A stretch of DNA of 64,000 nucleotides from an uncultured Anaerolineales bacterium. Lineage in GTDB: Bacteria; Chloroflexota; Anaerolineae; Epilineales; Epilineaceae. The DNA is taken from positions 51,437 to 115,436 of the forward strand of contig CAZYVI010000008.1 in NCBI GenBank assembly GCA_964651245.1. The letters are read 5' to 3'. The notes beneath the pieces were generated by a model that saw nothing but the letters and a program-made list of their open reading frames with translations, searched no databases and was not told the DNA's origin. Positions 39,008 to 48,293 of this stretch are shown piece after piece (the stretch's first letter is position 1; each line of letters starts with the position of its first letter). The position numbers and the translations under genes were made by a program.

Positions 39008-40133
39008 TGGGGCGGGTCGTGGCGTCGGTGGGGGTCGAGGTGGGCGCTTCGAGCAGCCGCTCCTCGTAGATCCGCCGGACCGTCGTCTCGATGTCCGGTT
39101 CCTTGAGCGCCAGATCGACGACGCGCAGGCGGCTCGTCACCCGGGCGATCAGGTCGGCGGCGCTCACCGCGTCGCGGTCGAAGGCGTACGTGATCCGGGG
39201 GCCGTCGCGGGCCACGATGTCGGCGCCGGGGATGGCGAGGCGGTCGTTGCCATCCCCGGCGCGCTCGGGCCGTGCGTCTTCGACGTCGATCTCCTCCGCC
39301 AGGTCGACGACGAGCTCGCGGCGGCCGCCGAAGCGCGCTTGGAGCTCGGGCAGCTGGCCGTCGTAGAGCAGCCGCCCGCCGTCGATGATGAGGACGCGCT
39401 CGCAGAGGCGCTCGACGTCGGCCAGGTCGTGGGTCGTCAGGAGCACGGTGGTGCGGCGCTCGGCGTTGAGGTGGCGGATGAAGCGGCGGACGCGCTCCTT
39501 GGCCACGACGTCGAGGCCGATCGTCGGCTCGTCGAGGAACAGGACGGTCGGATCGTGGAGCATCGCCGCGGCGAAGTCGGCGCGCATCCGCTGGCCGAGC
39601 GAGAGCGAGCGGACCGGCGTCTCGAGGAAGGCGTCGAGGTCGAGGAGGTCGCGGAAGGCGTCGAGGTTGGCGCGGAAGCGCGCCGGCGGGACGCGGTAGA
39701 TGTGGCGCAGCAGATCGAACGACTCGACGACCGGCAGGTCCCACCACAGCGCCGTCCGTTGTCCGAACACGGCGCCGATCGTGGCCACGTGCCGCCGCCG
39801 CTCGCGCCACGGCACCCGCCCGGCGACGGTCAGCGTGCCCGACGTCGGGACGAGCAGGCCGGTGAGCATCTTGAGCGTCGTCGACTTGCCGGCGCCGTTC
39901 GGCCCGAGGTAGCCGACGATCTCGCCGGGGCGCACCGCGAACGTGACGCCGTCGACGGCGCGAACCGTGGCGGCGCGGCGCGGGCGAAGCGCGGCGGGCC
40001 GCCAGCGGCGGGCGGGATGGCCGGCCACCGCGCCGTCGTCGGCCATGCCGTCGGTCGCTCCGTCGGCCGCGCCGCGCCGCCGGACCGTGAAGTGCTTGGC
40101 CAGGTCGCGGACGTCGATGAGGGCGTCGCTCAT
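39003..40133 (-). CDS. ABC-2 exporter ATP-binding subunit
   Basis: Start MSDALIDV (ATG 40133). Walker A GPNGAGKST, LSLGQ, Walker B LFLDEPT and H-loop TTHD. Confidence 0.93.
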   Translation of the reverse strand: MSDALIDVRDLAKHFTVRRRGAADGATDGMADDGAVAGHPARRWRPAALRPRRAATVRAVDGVTFAVRPGEIVGYLGPNGAGKSTTLKMLTGLLVPTSGTLTVAGRVPWRERRRHVATIGAVFGQRTALWWDLPVVESFDLLRHIYRVPPARFRANLDAFRDLLDLDAFLETPVRSLSLGQRMRADFAAAMLHDPTVLFLDEPTIGLDVVAKERVRRFIRHLNAERRTTVLLTTHDLADVERLCERVLIIDGGRLLYDGQLPELQARFGGRRELVVDLAEEIDVEDARPERAGDGNDRLAIPGADIVARDGPRITYAFDRDAVSAADLIARVTSRLRVVDLALKEPDIETTVRRIYEERLLEAPTSTPTDATTRPM

Positions 40134-40987
40134 GTGCCGGTGCTCCGGTAGTGGCGGATGCCGACGCGCCACAACGCCAGCGCGGCGCCGAACGCGGCCA
40201 GGCCGATCGCCGGGCCGACGAAGCGGGCGGCCGGCGGCATGCCGGTCGGGTCGGGCTTGTCGAGGAGGTAGAGGGCCGGGTAGTAGGACAGGAACAGCGT
40301 CGGCACGATGTAGGTGAAGAAGCGCCGCAGCGGCAGCGGGTAGATGTGGGCCGGATACTGGTTCAGCTCGTGGCCGCCGTACGTCAGGATGTTCATCGCC
40401 TCGATCGAGTCGACCGTCCAGAACGTGATCGTCGAGCCGACGACGAACAGCGCGGCGAAGAACGCCATCTGGCCGACGACGAGCACCGGCAGGAACGCCA
40501 GCTTGCCGGCCGTCCAGCGGACGTCGACGAGCCACAGCGCCAGGCCGAAGAGCGCGATCCCCTCGGCGATGGCGCCGACGCGGTGCAGGACGAAGCGCGA
40601 GCCCAGCACCTGGAGGACGAGCGGCGCCGGGCGCAGCAGGATCGCGTCGAACGTGCCCTTGCGCACGCCCTGTCCGAAGTCGGGCGGGTCGAAGCCGCTG
40701 AAGAGCATGTCCATCGTCTTGAAGCTGGTGGCCGTCAGGCCGGCCAGGAACGCGATCTCGCCCAGCCGCCAGCCGCCGAGGGTCTCGAAGCGGACGAACA
40801 ACGCGGCCAGGGCGCCGAACTCGAAGCTGAAGATGAGGAACGAGGTGACGACGTCCATCGCGAACGAGACGCGGAACTGCAGCTGCGACCGGACCTGCGC
40901 CGCCACGAGCCGCACCAGGAGCGCGACGTGGCGGCGCGCGTCCGACGCGGCGCGGCCGAGCGGCGAGCGCGAATCGTCCCGCGCCAC
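40130..40987 (-). CDS. ABC-2 family permease
   Basis: Multi-TM protein with LLRP and NQYPAHIYP; ATGA overlap with the ATPase gene. Confidence 0.88.
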   Translation of the reverse strand: MARDDSRSPLGRAASDARRHVALLVRLVAAQVRSQLQFRVSFAMDVVTSFLIFSFEFGALAALFVRFETLGGWRLGEIAFLAGLTATSFKTMDMLFSGFDPPDFGQGVRKGTFDAILLRPAPLVLQVLGSRFVLHRVGAIAEGIALFGLALWLVDVRWTAGKLAFLPVLVVGQMAFFAALFVVGSTITFWTVDSIEAMNILTYGGHELNQYPAHIYPLPLRRFFTYIVPTLFLSYYPALYLLDKPDPTGMPPAARFVGPAIGLAAFGAALALWRVGIRHYRSTGT

Positions 40988-40990
40988 CGC

Positions 40991-41803
40991 TCAGCCGCCC
41001 AGCACGACGAGCCGGCGGACGCCGGCCCGCAGCACGAGCGCGCCCGCCGCCACGAGCACCGCCGCCCACGCCGCCTGCGCCGCCAGCAGCCGGACGACGC
41101 CGGCGCCGTCGCGCAGCCCCAGGAAGACCTCGGTGACGGCGTTGACGCTGTAGGCGAACGGCGTCAGCGCGCACACGGCCTGCAGCCAGTCCGGGAAGTA
41201 GCGCAGCGGAAACAGGAAGCCCGACGCCAGCCAGCTCAGCGCGAAGACGAAGCGGACGATGCCGCGGGCGTCGGGCGACCAGAACGCGCTGAGGTTGGCC
41301 AGGAACCGCCAGCCGAAACTGATGAGCCACGCCAGGCCGACGCAGGCGGCGGTGGCGGCCCACATCGCGGCGCCGCGCGGCCAGACGAAGCGGCCGCCGT
41401 CGGGCGCCAGCCACGGGAACAAGATCACATAGCCGGCGAGGATCGGCAGCCCGCGCCACACCAGCTGCACCGCGGCGCGGCCCAGGTCATGGGCCAGCCA
41501 GTAGGCCTGGTAGCCGATCGGCCGCAGCAGGTCACCGGCGATCTCGCCGGAGTGGACGCTGCGGGCGACGTCGAACCAGCTGAACGCCGCCAGCGGGCTC
41601 AGGAGCGCCTGGCTGAGCGCGGTGAACGTGATGGCCGCCGGCAGCGTGATGCCGGCGGCCTCGGCGCGGCCGTCGTAGAGCGCGGTCAGGACGGCGACGC
41701 GGACGAGGCCGAAGAAGAAGTTCGTCGCCAGCCCGGCCAGCGCCGCGGCGCGGTACGTCAGGTGCCGCCGCGCGCTCTGGCGGGCGATCGCCACGAGGAG
41801 CAT
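40991..41803 (-). CDS. ABC-2 family permease
   Basis: Multi-TM protein with GEIAGDLLRP and SGFLFPL. Confidence 0.88.
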   Translation of the reverse strand: MLLVAIARQSARRHLTYRAAALAGLATNFFFGLVRVAVLTALYDGRAEAAGITLPAAITFTALSQALLSPLAAFSWFDVARSVHSGEIAGDLLRPIGYQAYWLAHDLGRAAVQLVWRGLPILAGYVILFPWLAPDGGRFVWPRGAAMWAATAACVGLAWLISFGWRFLANLSAFWSPDARGIVRFVFALSWLASGFLFPLRYFPDWLQAVCALTPFAYSVNAVTEVFLGLRDGAGVVRLLAAQAAWAAVLVAAGALVLRAGVRRLVVLGG

Positions 41804-41884
41804 GGCGGCGATTGTGCCATGCCGGGCACGGCGCGCCGGCGCGGGCGGCCGAGGGGCGGTCGCCCGCGCCAGCGCACACCCCGA

Positions 41885-42388
41885 TCAGCCGAACAGTCCG
41901 CCGCCGGTCTCGAGCACCGTCTTGAGGTCGCTCAGGATGAGCGCCCAGCCGCCGCCGCCCTGCGCGAGCGGTGCGCTGCCGCCGACCTGGGCCGCCGTCA
42001 GCGGGGCGCCGGCGAGCTCGTGCGTCACCGTGAGGCGGGTGACGCCGTCCATCTCCGCGGCGGTCTCCCAGGTGACGCGCGAGAAGCCTTCGGCGCGGAC
42101 GTCGTCGTCCCAGCAGAAGCGCCAGGTCTGGACGAGCCGGTGCGGCGGATCGACCTCGACGACCTCGCCGTCGACGATCACCTCGGGCGTGCCCATCGCC
42201 CGCATCTCGGGGCCGGCGATGCCACGAAACGCGCCGCCGGGCCGAAGCTCGTACTCGCTCCAGCCGGGGTAGCCGTAGCGCTTGTTCCACTCGGGCTGCG
42301 TGATCGCGTCCCAAACGGCCTGCGGGGTAGCCCGAATGTAAACGCGGTGGACCTGGGTCGTCGCACCGCTGGCCAGGGTGTCGGTCAT
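41885..42388 (-). CDS. SRPBCC (AHSA1-like) protein
   Basis: Start MTDTLAS. Motifs VYIRATPQAVWDAIT, PPHRLVQTW and GGGWALILSDLKTVLETG; ATGA overlap with ArsR. Confidence 0.9.
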   Translation of the reverse strand: MTDTLASGATTQVHRVYIRATPQAVWDAITQPEWNKRYGYPGWSEYELRPGGAFRGIAGPEMRAMGTPEVIVDGEVVEVDPPHRLVQTWRFCWDDDVRAEGFSRVTWETAAEMDGVTRLTVTHELAGAPLTAAQVGGSAPLAQGGGGWALILSDLKTVLETGGGLFG

Positions 42389-42705
42389 GTCTCGTTCTCC
42401 AGTTCGGTCTTGAGGGTCGCGAGCGCCGCGATCCGACGCTCGGTGAACTTGTCGATCCACCGGTCGTGGATCAGCCGGATGGGCACGGGGTTCAAGAAGT
42501 GCAGCTTCGCCCGGCCCGACCGGCGCGTGACGACCAGGTTCGCCTCCTCAAGCACGCGCAGGTGCTTCATCACCCCGAAGCGCGACATCTCGAGCGTCGA
42601 CTCGAGCTCGGAGAGCGTGCGGCCGTCACGCTCGAAGAGCCGGTCGAGCAGGAAGCGACGCGTCGGGTCGGCGAGGGCTTTGAAGACGCGGTCGTCGTCG
42701 GTCAT
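42385..42705 (-). CDS. ArsR/SmtB-family HTH repressor
   Basis: VFKALADPTRRFLLDRL...MSRFGVMKHLRVLEEANLV; start ATG 42705. Confidence 0.93.
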   Translation of the reverse strand: MTDDDRVFKALADPTRRFLLDRLFERDGRTLSELESTLEMSRFGVMKHLRVLEEANLVVTRRSGRAKLHFLNPVPIRLIHDRWIDKFTERRIAALATLKTELENET

Positions 42706-42711
42706 GGCACC

Positions 42712-42741
42712 ACAATACGTGACCGAACGGTCACCCGTCAA
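42712..42741 (-). promoter_or_regulatory. Promoter TTGACG-N18-TATTGT with a palindromic operator in the spacer
   Basis: GTGACCG-AA-CGGTCAC at 42719-42734 lies between -35 (42736-42741) and -10 (42712-42717); the ATG is 6 nt downstream of the -10. Confidence 0.7.
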
Positions 42742-42774
42742 GTCGATGGCAGCACGCCCACTTCGTCGGCCGCG

Positions 42775-43956
42775 CTAGGCCACCACCCCCGCCCCCACCA
42801 ACCGTTCGACCTCCCCCTCGTCCATCCCCGCCATCTCCCCCAACACCGCCCGGGTATGCTCGCCGAGCCGCGGACCGCGGCGCATCGCCGGCGGCTGGCC
42901 GTCCACGTGGATCGGCGAGCCCGGTACGCGCAGGGGCGTGCCGTCGCTCAGGACGATGCGGGCGAGCATGCCGCGGGCCTCGAGGTGCGGGTCGCACGCC
43001 AGCTCAGCGATGTCGCGGACCGGACCCGCCGGCACGCCGACCGCGTGGAGTTCCGCGAGCACCGCGTCGACGGTCCGCACGCTGCACCACGTTTCGAGGA
43101 TTTCGCGCAAGCGATCGGCGTGGCGGACGCGGTCAGCGTTCGTCGCGAAGCACGGGTCATCGGCCAGCGCCGGGTCGATCCGCGCAGCCAGGGCACGCCA
43201 CAGCCGGTCGTTGCCGACGCCGATGACGAGCCAGCCGTCCGCCGCGCGGTAGCTGCCGAACGGCGCGAGGACGGCATCGGCGTTGCCGGCGCGAGGCGGG
43301 ACGGTGCCCGTGATGTCGTAGCCGGCCAGCGTGTTCTCGAGGACGGCGAACAGCGCGTCGACCATGCCGACGTCGATGTGGGCGCCCTGGCCGGTGCGCT
43401 CGCGGCGCCACAGGGCCGCCAGTAGGCCGACGGCCGCCGTCAGGCCGCTGATCGCATCGGCGACGGCCGGGCCGGTCTTGATGGGCTGTTCGGGCGTGCC
43501 GGTCAGTCCCATCAGCCCGCCGTAGCCCTGCGCCACGATGTCATAGCAGCCGTTGGCCGACAACGGTCCGGTCTGGCCGAATCCGCTCACGCTGACGTAG
43601 ACCAGTCCCGGGTTCAGCCGCGCCGCGTCGGTATAACCGAGACCGACCTGGGCCAAGCGGCCTGGCCGGAAGTTTTCGACGAGCACGTCGACGCGGCCGA
43701 TGAGCCGTCGCAGGACCGCTTGGCCGGCGGCGCTGCGGTCATCGACGGCGATGGACTCCTTACCGCGGTTGAGCGTCTCGAAGTAGCCGCTCGTTCCCGC
43801 GATGAACGGCCCGTACGCGCGGCTGTCGTCGCCGTGCGCCGGATGCTCGACCTTGATCACGCGGGCGCCGAGGTCGGCCAGCAACAACGTGGCGTAGGGG
43901 CCGCTGAAAACGCGGGTGAAGTCGAGGACGGTGAGGCCGGCGAGTGGCCTGCTCAC
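42775..43956 (-). CDS. CaiB/BaiF family III CoA-transferase
   Basis: GTG start overlapping the GNAT stop. Motifs PLAGLTVLDF, GPYAT.LLADLGARVIKVE, NRGKES, VENFRPG and SGFGQTGP. Confidence 0.93.
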   Translation of the reverse strand: MSRPLAGLTVLDFTRVFSGPYATLLLADLGARVIKVEHPAHGDDSRAYGPFIAGTSGYFETLNRGKESIAVDDRSAAGQAVLRRLIGRVDVLVENFRPGRLAQVGLGYTDAARLNPGLVYVSVSGFGQTGPLSANGCYDIVAQGYGGLMGLTGTPEQPIKTGPAVADAISGLTAAVGLLAALWRRERTGQGAHIDVGMVDALFAVLENTLAGYDITGTVPPRAGNADAVLAPFGSYRAADGWLVIGVGNDRLWRALAARIDPALADDPCFATNADRVRHADRLREILETWCSVRTVDAVLAELHAVGVPAGPVRDIAELACDPHLEARGMLARIVLSDGTPLRVPGSPIHVDGQPPAMRRGPRLGEHTRAVLGEMAGMDEGEVERLVGAGVVA

Positions 43957-44906
43957 AGCACGTCCCCGCCCATGCAGTCCCAGTGCGCATAGTCGAACAG
44001 CTCCGCCGGCGTGTCGGCACCGAGCGGCTTGACGGTCAGGTAGTACGGCCGGCGGACCATCGGTAGCGGCACCGTCAGCGAAGTGCGGCGTAGCGCGCGC
44101 CAGATTGGTGAGGCCGGTGTCGCCAGGACGCGGACGATGAGCACTGGACAACGACGGAGCGACGCGGACCACCGGGCGATGAGCGCCGACACGTCGTCAC
44201 CCTCGGCCGCCAGCAGCGTCGCGCCGCGCACGCGCCCCCAACGCTCCCAGCGGAACGCGACGGCGCCCCGGGTCACGCCGCGCTCGTGCCACACGCCGTA
44301 GACGTAGCGGCGGGCGGGCCAATCCAAGTCGCCGTCGTCGCGATAGGCGCGAACGTCGACGGCATCGGCGAAGCGGATGAGGCCGGCGTCGCGGGACGCT
44401 GGCGGCGGCGACGGCCAGGCGTCGGTCAGCGTCAGCTCATGCGGTGCAAAGGGGGATCGCACAGGTCCGAGCAGCAGCGCCGCCCCCGGCCGGAGCCGTC
44501 CGACGACGCGGTAGCCGTAGCCGCGGCTGCGTCGATCGACCTGGACACCGGCCGCGTTCGAGAAACCGACGCCGGCGACGGCGCCGCGCGCGCGCACCTC
44601 CTCGTATACCCGCTCCGCCAGCGGGCGCACGAGCCCCTGCCCGCGGTAGTCCGGATGCACCGCGAGGTTGACGCTCATCCCCACGGGCAAAGGGGCATCG
44701 TACCCCGGGACGCGAAGCGTACGCATCAGGCAGCTGTACTGGGCGGCGAGAACGTCGCCGTCCCAGGCGCCCCACGCCACCACCGGGAAGGACGCATGCT
44801 GCCGCGCGATGACGCGCGCCATGTCCGGGGCGGGGCGATCGAAGGCGGCGGACAGCAGATCCGCCCACGGAGCACTGTCGTCGAGGGACAGGGGGGCGGT
44901 TCTCAC
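43953..44906 (-). CDS. GNAT-family N-acetyl/acyltransferase
   Basis: LAVHPDYRGQGL acetyl-CoA motif and GFSN; two-domain length. Confidence 0.8.
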   Translation of the reverse strand: MRTAPLSLDDSAPWADLLSAAFDRPAPDMARVIARQHASFPVVAWGAWDGDVLAAQYSCLMRTLRVPGYDAPLPVGMSVNLAVHPDYRGQGLVRPLAERVYEEVRARGAVAGVGFSNAAGVQVDRRSRGYGYRVVGRLRPGAALLLGPVRSPFAPHELTLTDAWPSPPPASRDAGLIRFADAVDVRAYRDDGDLDWPARRYVYGVWHERGVTRGAVAFRWERWGRVRGATLLAAEGDDVSALIARWSASLRRCPVLIVRVLATPASPIWRALRRTSLTVPLPMVRRPYYLTVKPLGADTPAELFDYAHWDCMGGDVL

Positions 44907-45044
44907 CGGTCGGCCGGCTCGTCGCCGGGCAAAGCAGCGTTCATTCGGTGGCCTCGACGAACGAGCGGCGATGGATGGACGAACGACAACGTCGGTACGG
45001 GCATAGCGTCGTCGCTGTGAGCGCAGCGGTGTCTGCGCCGGCGG

Positions 45045-45995
45045 TTATCCGATCGGAATCCGCGCCGCGTTGTCTCCCAGCCACGCATCGAACGACTGCA
45101 GCTGCGGGTTGAGGGCGCGCGCCACTTCGGGCGAGCGCGCGCGCAGGAAGTCGTCGCCCCGGATCGCCTGGAACTGGAACATGTTGCCCAGGTCGTCGGC
45201 GCCCGGGAAGCCCAGGGCGCGGTAGTCGTCGAACGGGACGTCGACGAACGAGACCGGGCGGCCGAGGTGGCGGGCCAGCGCGGCGGCCATGCCGTCGCCC
45301 GTGAGGATCTCGCCGGCGACGCCGAACCGTTCGCCCGCCGTGCCCGGACCGCGCTTGAAGATGCCGTACGCGCACCGGCCGATGTCCTCGGCGGCGATGC
45401 CGGGTAGTGCGACGCCGCCGAGCGGCAAGGCGAGCACCAGGTTGCCGTCCGGGCCTACGCGCGGCCCCATGCCGAAGTAGACCAGGTTCTCCCAGTAGTA
45501 CGCGGCGAGCACGTAGCTCGTCGGCGCCGCCTCGGCGGCGAAGATCGCGTCCGCTTCGCCCTTGGCGTCGAAGTGGGGAACCTTGTACGTGCCCTGGAGC
45601 GTCGGCAGCCGGGTGTCGTCGAGCCCGATCCAGTTGCGCGTGTCCTCGAGGGTGGACCACACGACGTGCTCGACCCCCGCACGCTTCGAGGCCCGCGCCA
45701 TGGCCGAGGCCTGCGCCAGCTCCCGCTCGGGCGAGAAGTGCTCCCAGAAGTTCGTGACGCAGAAGACGCCGTGCGCGCCGGCAAACACCGGGTCGAGGCT
45801 CGCCGGATCGTCCGCATCGCCGGCGACGACCTCGGCGCCCAGCGCCGCCAGCGCCTGCGCCTTCTCGCCGTCGGGGTTGCGGGTGATGGCGCGCAGGGCG
45901 AACGGTCCGTCGGTGTCGGCGAGGATGGCTCGGGCCAGACCGCCGCCCTGGGCGCCGGTGGCGCCGATGACGGCCAGGATCTTCTTCGCGGGCAT
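45045..45995 (-). CDS. NmrA/HSCARG-family NAD(P)-binding protein
   Basis: GATGAQGG, VFCVTNFWEH, WSTLED and PHFDAK. Confidence 0.92.
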   Translation of the reverse strand: MPAKKILAVIGATGAQGGGLARAILADTDGPFALRAITRNPDGEKAQALAALGAEVVAGDADDPASLDPVFAGAHGVFCVTNFWEHFSPERELAQASAMARASKRAGVEHVVWSTLEDTRNWIGLDDTRLPTLQGTYKVPHFDAKGEADAIFAAEAAPTSYVLAAYYWENLVYFGMGPRVGPDGNLVLALPLGGVALPGIAAEDIGRCAYGIFKRGPGTAGERFGVAGEILTGDGMAAALARHLGRPVSFVDVPFDDYRALGFPGADDLGNMFQFQAIRGDDFLRARSPEVARALNPQLQSFDAWLGDNAARIPIG

Positions 45996-46118
45996 GGGGG
46001 GGGTCCTATCGTGCTTGGCTGGGTGGGCGGGTGTGGGCGCCTATTCTACAGTTGGGCCACAGCACCGCTTCGGTATCCCGCCGTGGCCGCGACCTTCCGC
46101 CTCTGATACACTGCCACC

Positions 46119-46508
46119 ATGGCCAACCCGCTCGCCACGTCATCCCCCCAGGTCGCCGACGCCCACCGCGCCACGGTCCGCCGCCGCGACGCCGAGGACG
46201 CCGCCGCCCGTGCCGCCAAGCGCGAACGCGCATGGTCGGTCGCACGATCCTGCGCGGCGCTCCTCCGCGATCGGTTCGGCGCCGAGCGGGTCGTCGTGTT
46301 CGGTTCGCTGGTCGAGGACGAGGGCCGATGGTTTGGCGCTCGCTCCGACATCGACCTTGCCGCGTGGGGCATTCAAGACGACGACTACTTCACGGCGGTG
46401 GGTCAGCTGCAGGGTGTTTCCGCCGAGTTCGAGGTCGACCTCGTGGCCATGGAGCGCTGCCCGGCGCACCTTGCGGAGCCGATCTCGAACCATGGAGCGG
46501 AGCTTTGA
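46119..46508 (+). CDS. Minimal nucleotidyltransferase (MNT) antitoxin
   Basis: VVVFGSLV...SDIDLA...VDLV; TACACT lies 6 nt before the ATG. Confidence 0.88.
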   Translation: MANPLATSSPQVADAHRATVRRRDAEDAAARAAKRERAWSVARSCAALLRDRFGAERVVVFGSLVEDEGRWFGARSDIDLAAWGIQDDDYFTAVGQLQGVSAEFEVDLVAMERCPAHLAEPISNHGAEL

Positions 46509-46825
46509 AGCCAAGCTACCGGACGCTGGCGGGACGCATCCGGCATGAGCTGCCGGCATTGGCGCGCGTCGCGCAACGTGCCCAAGGCTCACTCGAGGCC
46601 GCTCGCCGCGCGGACGATGATCGCTATGTCGATGCAGCAGCGCTGAACCTCCACGGGCAACTCGATCGATACCGCGGTCTTCGCCACGTCGTGCGCAACG
46701 CCTACACCTACAACCTCGATGCTGGACAGATCGCGGTGTTGGTGGCCGACGTTGGAGGCGTGGTGGATGAGACAACGACACAGCGGATGGCATTCGCCGC
46801 ATGGCTGGATGCCGCCGCCGGCTGA
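46505..46825 (+). pseudogene. HepT/HEPN-like toxin, apparently with an internal in-frame deletion
   Basis: TTGA overlap with the MNT gene. The 106-aa product has ALNLHG joined directly to QLDRYRGLRHVVRNAY. Confidence 0.65.
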
Positions 46826-46899
46826 TCCACGACCCGCGCCCGTCATCGGACGCACTCCAATCATCTATCGACGACCGAATGGCAGTGCGCGCAGGCGGG

Positions 46900-48174
46900 T
46901 CATGGCCCGCACCCCCTCGCCCGCTCCAGCAACAGCGCCCGCTCGCGCCCGTTGCGCGTCATCCCCGCCGCCCGCTCGAATGCGGCGCGCGCCTCGTCGA
47001 AGCGGCCGAGCTTGGCCAATAGGTCGCCGCGGACGGCGGGGAGGAGGTGGTAGCCGTCGAGCGCGCCGCTGGCCGCGAGGTCATCGGCGATCCTCAGGCC
47101 CTCGGCCGGGCCGAACGCCATTGCCACCGCCACGGCGCGGTTCAGTTCGACGACGGGAGACGGCGCCAGCTGGGTGAGGGCGTCGTAGAGGGCGGCGATG
47201 CGGGGCCAGTCGGTGTCTTCGGCGCGGGCGGCGCGGGCGTGGCAGGCGGCGATGGCGGCCTGCAGCGCGTACGGCCCGAGCGCGCCGCCCAGCGCCTCGG
47301 CGCGGGCCAGCGCGGCGAGGCCGCGGCGGATCAGGAGCGGGTCCCAGCGGGCGCGGTTCTGGTCGAGCAGGAGAACCGGCTCGCCGGTCGAGCCGACGCG
47401 GGCGTGGGCGCGGGATGCTTGGATCTCGAGGAGGGCGACGAGGCCATGGACTTCGGGCTCGCCTGGCGCAAGGCCGGCCAGGACGCGGCCCAGCCGCAGC
47501 GCCTCGTCGCACAGCGCGGGCCGGAGCCAGTCGTCGCCGGCGGTGGCGGCGTAGCCCTCGTTGAAGATGAGGTAGATCACCTCGAGCACCGACGCCAGGC
47601 GGTCGGCGCGGTCGGCGCCGCGCGGCGTCTCGAACGGCACCCGCGCCTCGGCCAACGTCCGCTTGGCCCGCACGATCCGCTGCGCCACCGTCGATTCGGC
47701 GACGAGGAAGGCGCGGGCGATCTCGTCCGTCGTCAGGCCGCCCAACAGGCGCAGCGTCAGCGCGACGCGCGCCTCGCGCGACAGCACCGGGTGGCAGGCG
47801 ATGAAGACGAGCCGCAGCAGGTCGTCGCCGACGTCGTCGCCGGCGTCGGGCGCCGGCATTTCGCCGTGGTCGGCGGCCGACGCGTCGTGCTCCGCCGCGA
47901 GATCGCGGGCGATCGTCGCGACCTTGTCGTCGTGGCGCTGGCGGCGCCGCAGCTGGTCGATCGCCTTGTGCTTGGCCGCCGCCATGAGCCAGGCGCCCGG
48001 GTTGGCCGGAATCCCCGCTGCCGGCCACTGCTGCAGCGCCGCGACGAGCGCGTCCTGCGCCAGGTCTTCGGCCAGACCGACATCGCCGGCGAAGCGCGCC
48101 AGGCCGGCGATGACCCGCGCCGACTCGATGCGCCAGACGGCGTCGATGGCGCGGTGGGTGGCTTCGATCGTCAC
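46900..48174 (-). CDS. ECF42-type sigma factor with C-terminal TPR-like extension
   Basis: Likely GTG start at 48174. Motifs AEDLAQDA, NPGAWL, DDLLRLVFIACHP, QRIVRAKRTL, YLIFNEGY and LNRAVA. Confidence 0.88.
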   Translation of the reverse strand: MTIEATHRAIDAVWRIESARVIAGLARFAGDVGLAEDLAQDALVAALQQWPAAGIPANPGAWLMAAAKHKAIDQLRRRQRHDDKVATIARDLAAEHDASAADHGEMPAPDAGDDVGDDLLRLVFIACHPVLSREARVALTLRLLGGLTTDEIARAFLVAESTVAQRIVRAKRTLAEARVPFETPRGADRADRLASVLEVIYLIFNEGYAATAGDDWLRPALCDEALRLGRVLAGLAPGEPEVHGLVALLEIQASRAHARVGSTGEPVLLLDQNRARWDPLLIRRGLAALARAEALGGALGPYALQAAIAACHARAARAEDTDWPRIAALYDALTQLAPSPVVELNRAVAVAMAFGPAEGLRIADDLAASGALDGYHLLPAVRGDLLAKLGRFDEARAAFERAAGMTRNGRERALLLERARGCGP

Positions 48175-48293
48175 CGCTCGATCATCACACATCCGGCCGT
48201 GACCGTCATGTTGCACCTGGCAGTCCGTCGCGACCCGCGCGAGGCGATCCGCGCGACCGACCCGGGCGACCGCCGGCTACGATGACGCGCCGT

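Noticed and set aside
40134-41459. N-terminal extension of the ABC ATPase (818-aa ORF)
   Set aside because: It overlaps the two permease genes in another frame. The real start is at 40133.
44903-45088. Short ORF between NmrA and GNAT as a leader peptide
   Set aside because: No clear RBS and no telling composition; it cannot be supported.
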